Virus record (IMG/VR): IMGVR_UViG_3300032320_002688 | Span: 64,001-76,643 of that record | Length of the DNA stretch: 12,643 nt | Source of the DNA: a virus | Lineage: Duplodnaviria > Heunggongvirae > Uroviricota > Caudoviricetes | Reading direction: 5' to 3' (one strand) | Notes under the pieces: generated by a model | Databases searched by the model: none | What the model was told of the DNA's origin: nothing | What the model saw: only the letters and a program-made list of their open reading frames with translations | Made by a program: the position numbers and the translations under genes | Shown here: positions 6,542-12,643 of the stretch, in pieces | Numbering within the stretch: the stretch's first letter is position 1 | How the letters are laid out: every line of letters begins with the position of its first letter

Positions 6542-8968
6542 TTAAAATTCTTTATTTCTCATGAATGAAACAATAATATATCTTTTACCATCTAAAACAG
6601 GGCGAGCGCCGTGTTTATGTGTAATATTTCCTGGATGGACACTTACATAGCCTTGTGGAGGTTTTGATAATTTCTTTTGGCGCCAAAACCAAGTACCACC
6701 ACCAAGATAATCTTCATCTTTTTCAGATAAATTTACTAATGCAGTAATATGTGAATGGTCGTGATGAATACTTAAATGTCCCTGAGTATCTGGTGTATAA
6801 CGTGCTAAAAAGTTTTCAGCAGTTAATTGATCCCAACCTTTGCCTTCCAAACCATATTTGTGTATTGCCATAGGCATAACAAATTCCCAAAGTAAATCAT
6901 AATAAATTTTATCAAACCCAATTTCAGTTAATACGAAATCAGTTGTAGGATAAAATTCATGACGAGCAAAAGTCCATACTTGAGCGTGTTCAGCTTCTTC
7001 AATTATTTTATTACAAAATTCTTTGGTAAACAAAGGATAGACAAAAGCTCCATCAAATTCTTCGTCAACAAATAAATCCCATTCTTTTTTAATTAAGCCA
7101 GGCACTAAAAATTTTCTATGCCATGCAGCAGTGTCGTTCCAGTATTGATATAACTCTGGATGCAACGGGGTATATTCCTTATCCATAATTTTTATTGTAA
7201 GTTTTGGTGTTTCTATTGGTGTTAAATGTATATTTTCTGTTTGTGATTTATTATCTTTTTGTACAACATATTCTATTGTAGTAGCAAATGCGTTTACTTT
7301 ACGATTGTCATGTTTATTTAATAAATCAATTACATCCGTTCTAAAATGAGTATCATATAGTGTAGGTAAAAATTCATCGGTAGGGATTAAATTTTCTTCT
7401 AATTTTTTGCTAATTAATATATCAACTCCATTTTTACTTAAAGCATAAGCATGAGCATTATATGAAAATAAAGGACGAACGAAATAGGCATTATGGTTTT
7501 GTTCAGGTAAATTTCTTATTAAATTTCTACCTAAATGAATTAAATCCCATTTATGTAATGATTGAATTATATCTTGATCAAAAGGTTGAGTAAATGAAAA
7601 ATCTTCTTCTAATATTAATACTGAATCAAATTTGTTTTCATATGCATCTTTCCAACATTTGATGTGAGATAAAACACATCCAATTTCTCCAGGAGTAATA
7701 TCTCGTTGGTGAAACTTAGATTCATCATTAAATTTTTTATCAATTCTATTTTGTTCAAATTCATCTCCTATTTTCCATCCATTCCAAGGTTTAAAATCGA
7801 ATCCTGGATTTGGATTTCTTCCATCAATTCCCTCTATAAAAGCTACTGATTCATATTCAATATTGCTTTCATCTAAACGTTTAAGAGCGTCTTGTTTATA
7901 TTCATCTGTTTTATCAAGTGATATAATATAAACACAATCAAAACTATAACAGCTATCTATAAATGATTTCCATACACACCCAATACGATCTATACTAAAT
8001 ACAGAAGCATATCTTTTATTATATCTTGCTCTATCATCCTGTGCCGGATAATCAATTATTTTAATTATATCAAGATAATATCCTAATTCTTCACCAGGAT
8101 GTTTGATAAATTCAGCAGTATGAATTATTTCTGGAAGTGCACCTATTGGTGATGTTATTATTTTACATCCAGCTAATTGTGCTTCAACAGCAGTTATACA
8201 AAATGTCTCTTCGTATTGGGTTGGGTAAAACCAATATTCTGCTTTGCTATATTCTTGGCGGAGTGTTTTAGTATCAACGTTACCAATAAAATGAACGTCC
8301 TTTAAATTTAGTTTCCTATACGTTTGATTAAATACATCTAAACCGTATTTGGGACAAAATACTTTTAATGTAGCATTTGGTTTTATATCTTTAATATAGT
8401 ACCAAAGTTCAAGTAAAGTATCTAATCCACGTTCAGGGTGTGATGAATATATAAATGAATCTTTTACCTTTTCTTCATCAGTAAAATTTGTTACATCAAC
8501 ACTATTATAAATTATTTTAATTTTATCTAGCGGATAATTATATTTTTCTGCTGTATTTTTTTTATGCCACTCAGAAACGCATATTATACCTGATAGTTTA
8601 GGTAATAAATCTCTACCTTCATTAGGTAAAGTTTCACCTTTATAATAAGGGTAATATTCTGTATTATGTAACCAAAGATAGGTTTTATTATAATCTACTT
8701 TATTTTCTATATCAAGTAAAAAATGTATATAACCTACACCAATTACAACATCATATTTTCTTTTAGTTTTCCAGAGTAATTCTCTATTAATATATTCTAC
8801 TCCATCAACAGACATTTCAGCAACGTCTCCTGTTACATAAACATTAAATTCTTTAGCAAGATATTTTACTGTATTAAGTAGTACCTGTTCGGTTCCACCA
8901 AGTTCTCTATCTATTGGTGAAAATAAGTTATCATAATAACCTATGTGGAATAAAACATTTAATTTCAT
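6542..8968 (-). CDS. Three-domain collagen-modifying enzyme candidate: GT4 glycosyltransferase + COLGALT-like GT25 + PLOD-like lysyl hydroxylase (808 aa from ATG 8968)
   Basis: The ORF track starts at TTG 8992. ATG 8968 lies 1 nt after the upstream TAG and is the more likely start. Three domain signatures are listed separately below. Confidence 0.88.
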   Translation of the reverse strand: MKLNVLFHIGYYDNLFSPIDRELGGTEQVLLNTVKYLAKEFNVYVTGDVAEMSVDGVEYINRELLWKTKRKYDVVIGVGYIHFLLDIENKVDYNKTYLWLHNTEYYPYYKGETLPNEGRDLLPKLSGIICVSEWHKKNTAEKYNYPLDKIKIIYNSVDVTNFTDEEKVKDSFIYSSHPERGLDTLLELWYYIKDIKPNATLKVFCPKYGLDVFNQTYRKLNLKDVHFIGNVDTKTLRQEYSKAEYWFYPTQYEETFCITAVEAQLAGCKIITSPIGALPEIIHTAEFIKHPGEELGYYLDIIKIIDYPAQDDRARYNKRYASVFSIDRIGCVWKSFIDSCYSFDCVYIISLDKTDEYKQDALKRLDESNIEYESVAFIEGIDGRNPNPGFDFKPWNGWKIGDEFEQNRIDKKFNDESKFHQRDITPGEIGCVLSHIKCWKDAYENKFDSVLILEEDFSFTQPFDQDIIQSLHKWDLIHLGRNLIRNLPEQNHNAYFVRPLFSYNAHAYALSKNGVDILISKKLEENLIPTDEFLPTLYDTHFRTDVIDLLNKHDNRKVNAFATTIEYVVQKDNKSQTENIHLTPIETPKLTIKIMDKEYTPLHPELYQYWNDTAAWHRKFLVPGLIKKEWDLFVDEEFDGAFVYPLFTKEFCNKIIEEAEHAQVWTFARHEFYPTTDFVLTEIGFDKIYYDLLWEFVMPMAIHKYGLEGKGWDQLTAENFLARYTPDTQGHLSIHHDHSHITALVNLSEKDEDYLGGGTWFWRQKKLSKPPQGYVSVHPGNITHKHGARPVLDGKRYIIVSFMRNKEF
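6554..7171 (-). other. Domain 3: PLOD-type lysyl hydroxylase (2OG-Fe(II) dioxygenase)
   Basis: YPLFTKEFCNKIIEEAEH, YPTTD, EIGFD, RYTPDTQGHLSIHHDHS, DYLGGG and HPGNITHKHGARPVLDGKRYIIVSF. From recall, these parallel PLOD1 FPIFTEVACDELVEEMEH, VPTID, QIGFE, RYKPDEQPSLMPHHDAS, DYEGGG and [25 protein letters not shown]. Intact Fe ligands are H743, D745 and H794, with 2OG-binding R804 (ORF-track numbering). Confidence 0.88.
7223..7945 (-). other. Domain 2: GT25 glycosyltransferase resembling procollagen galactosyltransferase (COLGALT)
   Basis: FDCVYIISL, EGIDG, ITPGEIGCVLSHIKCWK, LILEED, WDLIHLGR, SYNAHAYALS and IPTDEFLPTLYDTH. From recall, these parallel COLGALT1 FDEVFMINL, EAVDG, LTKGELGCFLSHYNIW, LVFEDD, WDLIYVGR, SYWTLAYVIS and LPVDEFLPVMFDKH. 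Confidence 0.8.
7955..8968 (-). other. Domain 1: GT-B fold family 4 (retaining) glycosyltransferase
   Basis: LGGTE, WLHN, CVSEWH, IYNSVD, YSSHPERGL and the E-x7-E motif ETFCITAVEAQLAG. Confidence 0.85.
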
Positions 8969-8969
8969 A

Positions 8970-9560
8970 CTATTTGTAGCTATCACCTCCAACCCATAAT
9001 ACTAATGATTTACGAGTACCTTGAGTTACTGGAGTTACACGATGTAAAATATAAGAAGGGAATACTAAAACACATCCTTTAATTTTAGGTAATGTTTCTG
9101 GATTTTTTCCTCTTAGAATCTGAAAATCACCTCCTTCATATTCATCATCTCCTGAAAGTTGAACTGTAATACTAATTTTTCTTTGATTTAATGGATATCC
9201 ACCTCCTACGTCTAAGTGATAGTCATAATGACCACCATCTTGATAATACTCAGTGTATTGGACTTGTTCATTCATTCCAGTAAGGGAAAATTTCCAAAGA
9301 GCATTATTTGCTTCGGTAACCATATCGCCTAACTTTTCATAAACCCATTTGTATCTATCAACTTGTGGAATCCATGCTATTGCACTTTTTCTCATTTCAT
9401 TATTTACTACACCAGCATCAGTAATACCAGCAGTAGTTAATCCCCAATTTGTAGATTCAGCAATAATTTGGTCTACTTCTTCACTTGTAAATCCAGTTTT
9501 AAACCAATACCATTCTAAAGGGTCGTGGGCTGTGTTTGATTGCAGTTGAAATTTATACAT
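8970..9560 (-). CDS. 2OG-Fe(II) oxygenase (PKHD-type / prolyl-hydroxylase-like), 196 aa
   Basis: HYDYHLD (HxD), RKISITVQLS, YEGGDF and FPSYILHRVTPVTQGTRKSLVLW (distal His and Arg). Confidence 0.9.
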   Translation of the reverse strand: MYKFQLQSNTAHDPLEWYWFKTGFTSEEVDQIIAESTNWGLTTAGITDAGVVNNEMRKSAIAWIPQVDRYKWVYEKLGDMVTEANNALWKFSLTGMNEQVQYTEYYQDGGHYDYHLDVGGGYPLNQRKISITVQLSGDDEYEGGDFQILRGKNPETLPKIKGCVLVFPSYILHRVTPVTQGTRKSLVLWVGGDSYK

Positions 9561-9583
9561 AACTTAAAATTTATTGTGTGAAT

Positions 9584-9591
9584 ATAAATAT
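9584..9591 (-). promoter_or_regulatory. ATATTTAT motif upstream of the oxygenase/glycosyltransferase cassette
   Basis: Recurrent intergenic 8-mer, 23 nt before the ATG. Confidence 0.5.
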
Positions 9592-9598
9592 AATAAAG

Positions 9599-9622
9599 GA
9601 AGCGACCAACATTGGTCGCTTC
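9599..9622 (-). terminator. Terminator-like hairpin after the fibre gene
   Basis: Minus strand GAAGCGACCA-ATGT-TGGTCGCTTC (10-bp stem), followed by CTTTATTATATTT. Confidence 0.7.
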
Positions 9623-9646
9623 GCTTTTTATCTATTTGTAGTATGT

Positions 9647-10003
9647 TTATCCTACTTTTTCCTTAAGTCTATCTACTTCTGCTTTTAATTCCTTAATAGC
9701 TTCGATTAACAATGGAACGATTTTTTCATACTGAACTGTGCGGAAATTCTCACCTGATTTAGATTTTTCAATTCTATTGCCGTTTTCGTCTTCAACATAT
9801 TCTCTATCGAATGGAGCTAATTTAACCGCTTCTGGTAATATTGCTTCTAATTCGTCTGCGAATACACCGACAATTCTACTTCTTGTATCGTATCCATAGC
9901 TTCCTGCTAATTCGTTATGGGTATAAGTTATACCATTTAACGTTTGTAATTTATCAAGAGCATTTTCAATTACTTTTACATTATCTTTTAATCTTCTATC
10001 TGA
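9647..10003 (-). other. Peptidase_S74 self-cleaving chaperone domain
   Basis: SDRRLK (Ser/Lys i, i+5 dyad), [28 protein letters not shown] and the terminal coiled coil [15 protein letters not shown]. Confidence 0.92.
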
Positions 10004-12643
10004 GTAATAAGCAACGATTTCACCTGATGCTAAGATATCACCTGGAGATCCATAATATCCTAAACCAACACCTAAGGCATTTAATGCTTGGTTTGTTGGG
10101 CCTGGAGGACCTGTTGGGCCTTGTGGACCTTGAGGACCAGGAGCACCTGTACCACCACCAGGGCCTTGAGGACCTGGGGCACCAGTACCACCTGTATTAC
10201 CTTTGTTACCTTGAGCACCTTGAGCACCCTGTGGACCTGTTGGACCAGGAGCACCAACTCCACCACCAGGACCTGTTGGGCCTATTTCACCCTTTTGTCC
10301 TTTAGCACCTGTACCACCACCAGGACCTGTTGGACCTACGTTACCTTGAGGACCTGTTGGACCAGGAGAACCAGTATTACCTTTGTTACCTTGAGGGCCT
10401 TGAGCACCTGTTGGACCTACGTTACCTTGGGCACCAACTTCACCTTTTTGGCCTTTAGCACCTTGAGGACCTGTAGCACCTTGAGGACCTACGTTACCTT
10501 GAGGACCTGTTGCTCCTGGAGCACCTGTTGGACCTACGTTACCTTGAGGACCGGTTGAGCCTATTTCCCCCTTTTGTCCTTTAGCACCTTGAGGACCTGT
10601 TGGACCAGGAGAACCTGTTGGACCTACGTTACCTTGAGGACCTGTTGGACCTGGAGAACCTGTAGCACCCGTTGCACCTTTAGCACCTGCATTACCTTGA
10701 GGGCCAGGACCACCTGTTGGACCTGTAGGACCAGTTGAACCAGTATTACCTTTTGCACCTTGAGGACCTTGAGGACCTGTTGGACCTAAGTTACCTTTTG
10801 CACCTTGTGGACCTGTTGGACCTACGTTACCTTGAGGACCTGTAGCACCTTGAGCTCCAGTATTACCTTTAGCACCTTGAGCACCTTGAGCACCTTGTGG
10901 ACCAGGAGCACCTGTACCACCTTGAGCACCTGTAGCACCCTTAACACCTTGAGGACCTGTAGGACCTGTTGGGCCTAAATCACCTTTTGCACCTGTTGGA
11001 CCTGTTGGACCTACGTTACCTTGAGGACCTGTAGAACCAGTAGAACCTTTAGCACCAGTATTACCTTGTGGACCAGGAGCACCTGTAGCACCTGAAGAAC
11101 CACTTGTGCCTGATGAACCTGAAGTTCCGTTAGCACCTGCGTTACCTTGAGCACCTTGAGGTCCAGGAGCACCTGTATTACCTTTAGCACCTGTATTACC
11201 TTGAGGACCTGTAGCGCCTGATGTGCCTGAAGATCCACTTGAACCTGATGTACCTGATGAACCACTATTACCTACTTCACCTTTTTGTCCTTTAGCACCT
11301 TGAGGACCTGTAGCACCTGAAGTACCACTTGAACCTGATGTACCGCTTGAACCTGATGAACCTGATGTTCCTGATGAACCTGATGAACCTGATGTTCCTG
11401 ATGAACCACTTGTTCCACTTGAACCTGATGATCCTGAAGTTCCGCTTGAACCTGAAGTTCCGCTTGAACCTGATGATCCTGAAGTTCCGCTTGAACCAGA
11501 TGAGCCTGATGTTCCTGAAGAACCAGATGTACCTGATGAACCAGATGAACCTGAAGATCCACTTGAACCTGAAGTTCCAGATGAACCAGAAGTTCCTGAT
11601 GTACCACTTGAACCCGAGCTACCTGAAGTGCCTGATGAGCCACTTGAACCAGATGAACCTGATGTACCTGAAGAACCAGATGAACCTGAGCTACCTGAAG
11701 TTCCACTTGCACCGTCTATTCCACTTGTACCACTTGTACCACTTGAACCTGATGTTCCTGAAGAACCTGATGTACCACTAGTTCCTGAAGAACCTGATGT
11801 ACCACTTGAACCTGAAGTTCCTGATGAACCTGACGTACCATTAGTTCCTGATGATCCACTTGAACCTGATGTTCCACTTGTTCCCGAAGAACCGCTTGTT
11901 CCACTCGTTCCATTTGTGCCAGAAGTACCATTTGTTCCTGATGAACCTGAGGTTCCTGAAGTACCATTTGTTCCTGAAGAACCTGAAGTTCCACTTGTAC
12001 CAGACGTTCCGTTTGTTCCAGAAGTACCTGAGGTTCCGCTGGTTCCTGAAGTTCCATCTGTACCACTTGTTCCTGACGAACCTGAAGTTCCTGAAGAACC
12101 ACTAGTTCCTGAAGTTCCACTTGTACCAGACGTTCCGTTTGTTCCAGAAGTACCTGAGGTTCCGCTGGTTCCTGAAGTTCCATCTGTACCACTTGTTCCT
12201 GACGAACCTGAAGTTCCTGAAGTTCCTGAAGAACCACTAGTTCCTGAAGTTCCGTCTGTACCACTTGTTCCTGACGAACCTGAAGTTCCTGACGAACCTG
12301 AAGTTCCTGAAGAACCTGAAGTTCCTGATGAACCACTTGTTCCTGATGATCCACTTGTTCCTGATGTACCATCTGTTCCACTAGTTCCTGATGAACCTGA
12401 AGTACCACTTGTTCCTGAAGAACCACTTGTTCCAGACGTTCCATTAGTTCCTGATGAACCACTTGTTCCTGATGTACCATCTGTTCCACTAGTTCCTGAT
12501 GAACCTGAAGTACCACTAGTTCCTGAAGAACCACTTGTTCCTGATGAACCACTTGAACCTGAAGTTCCACTAGTTCCTGATGTTCCGTCTGTACCACTAG
12601 TTCCTGATGAACCACTTGTTCCTGATGAACCACTTGTTCCTGA
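9647..12643 (-). CDS. Giant collagen-like fibre protein with C-terminal Peptidase_S74 intramolecular chaperone, partial (998 aa in window; start lies beyond the right edge)
   Basis: The frame from 12643 (S-GTS-GSS...) to TAA at 9649..9647 is exactly 999 codons. Gly codons stay in 9-nt phase at 12640, 11317, 11281 and 10102. The protein ends ...[44 protein letters not shown]...[27 protein letters not shown]. Confidence 0.93.
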   Translation of the reverse strand, partial: SGTSGSSGTSGSSGTSGTDGTSGTSGTSGSSGSSGTSGSSGTSGTSGSSGTSGTDGTSGTSGSSGTNGTSGTSGSSGTSGTSGSSGTSGTDGTSGTSGSSGTSGSSGTSGSSGTSGSSGTSGSSGTSGTDGTSGTSGSSGTSGTSGSSGTSGTDGTSGTSGTSGTSGTNGTSGTSGTSGTSGSSGTSGSSGTSGTDGTSGTSGTSGTSGTNGTSGTSGTSGSSGTNGTSGTSGSSGTNGTSGTNGTSGTSGSSGTSGTSGSSGSSGTNGTSGSSGTSGSSGTSGSSGTSGTSGSSGTSGSSGTSGTSGIDGASGTSGSSGSSGSSGTSGSSGSSGSSGTSGSSGSSGTSGTSGSSGTSGSSGSSGSSGSSGTSGSSGTSGSSGSSGTSGSSGSSGTSGSSGTSGSSGSSGTSGSSGTSGSSGSSGTSGSSGSSGTSGSSGTSGATGPQGAKGQKGEVGNSGSSGTSGSSGSSGTSGATGPQGNTGAKGNTGAPGPQGAQGNAGANGTSGSSGTSGSSGATGAPGPQGNTGAKGSTGSTGPQGNVGPTGPTGAKGDLGPTGPTGPQGVKGATGAQGGTGAPGPQGAQGAQGAKGNTGAQGATGPQGNVGPTGPQGAKGNLGPTGPQGPQGAKGNTGSTGPTGPTGGPGPQGNAGAKGATGATGSPGPTGPQGNVGPTGSPGPTGPQGAKGQKGEIGSTGPQGNVGPTGAPGATGPQGNVGPQGATGPQGAKGQKGEVGAQGNVGPTGAQGPQGNKGNTGSPGPTGPQGNVGPTGPGGGTGAKGQKGEIGPTGPGGGVGAPGPTGPQGAQGAQGNKGNTGGTGAPGPQGPGGGTGAPGPQGPQGPTGPPGPTNQALNALGVGLGYYGSPGDILASGEIVAYYSDRRLKDNVKVIENALDKLQTLNGITYTHNELAGSYGYDTRSRIVGVFADELEAILPEAVKLAPFDREYVEDENGNRIEKSKSGENFRTVQYEKIVPLLIEAIKELKAEVDRLKEKVG
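10094..11317 (-). repeat. Pro/Lys-containing collagen triple-helix repeat, 136 Gly-X-Y triplets
   Basis: Hand translation: GPQ, GPT, GAT, GNV, GAP and GAK triplets without interruption. GAKGQKGE[VI] occurs four times. Confidence 0.95.
11982..12222. repeat. Perfect 115-bp direct repeat, period 126 bp
   Basis: 11982..12096 is identical to 12108..12222, including rare synonymous codons. Confidence 0.85.
12351..12541. repeat. 83-bp direct repeat with 1 mismatch, period 108 bp
   Basis: 12351..12433 versus 12459..12541, differing only at 12410/12518. Confidence 0.8.

Larger units (their letters stand above)
11318..12640 (-). repeat. Ser/Thr-rich collagen-register repeat, 147 triplets (GTS/GSS with rare GTD, GTN, GID, GAS)
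   Basis: Gly at every third residue over 1323 nt; no Pro or Lys seen. The repeat continues beyond the window edge. Confidence 0.93.

Noticed and set aside
8969-8992. TTG start at 8992 for the fusion enzyme
   Set aside because: It overlaps the upstream gene. ATG 8968, directly after the upstream stop, fits translational coupling and the start of the GT4 fold.
9349-9549. 66-aa plus-strand ORF
   Set aside because: Antisense to the well-supported 2OG-Fe(II) oxygenase.
9841-12105. Plus-strand ORFs 9841..10305, 10088..10558, 11329..11781 and 11851..12105
   Set aside because: Stop-free antisense frames produced by the 9-nt periodic collagen codons.
11120-12450. Eight N-G-T sequons suggesting N-glycosylation
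   Set aside because: Any Y-position Asn in a G[ST]x repeat is automatically a sequon, so there is no independent signal, and no N-glycosyltransferase is evident.
10081-12633. Minus-strand V/Q/E/L-rich ORFs (10081..10266, 11011..11265, 11272..11712, 11716..12633)
   Set aside because: Alternative frame of the Gly-X-Y gene. Only the Gly-X-Y frame is continuous into the S74 domain.
11318-12643. Short-period DNA repeats as a possible CRISPR array or satellite
   Set aside because: No repeat-spacer structure; variation is concentrated at synonymous positions of a protein repeat.
10094-12643. Higher GC than the rest of the window as a sign of horizontal acquisition
   Set aside because: Explained by Gly/Pro/Ala/Thr/Ser codons; third positions remain A/T-rich as in the other genes.
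1-12643. Eukaryotic or giant-virus origin suggested by collagen, PLOD and COLGALT similarity
   Set aside because: Intron-free, tightly coupled genes, intrinsic terminators and a sheath-tube-chaperone-tape measure module indicate a prokaryotic contractile-tail system.

Overview
All real genes lie on the minus strand and form a tail-morphogenesis module of a contractile-tailed (myovirus-like) phage. An eCIS-type element cannot be fully excluded from this window alone. In transcription order the genes are: (1) a 5'-truncated giant collagen-register fibre protein (at least 998 aa; 283 uninterrupted Gly-X-Y triplets in window; C-terminal Peptidase_S74 self-cleaving chaperone); (2) a 2OG-Fe(II) oxygenase; (3) an 808-aa three-domain enzyme: GT4 glycosyltransferase + COLGALT-like GT25 + PLOD-like lysyl hydroxylase; (4) an 89-aa coiled-coil protein; (5) tail sheath; (6) tail tube; (7) tail assembly chaperone plus a +1-frame extension; (8) a 3'-truncated tape measure protein (over 918 aa). 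The ORF track misses the two longest genes because they run off the window edges, and most of its other long ORFs are shadow frames. The main result is what looks like a phage-encoded, animal-like collagen maturation pathway (Lys hydroxylation, galactosylation, possibly a second sugar, possibly Pro hydroxylation) next to its probable substrate, in which all 18 collagen-region lysines occupy the Y position. Secondary results: a candidate +1/-2 chaperone frameshift, an ATATTTAT motif in every intergenic gap, and an RG/RGG box in the tape measure protein. Family assignments come from motifs recalled by eye, not database searches.
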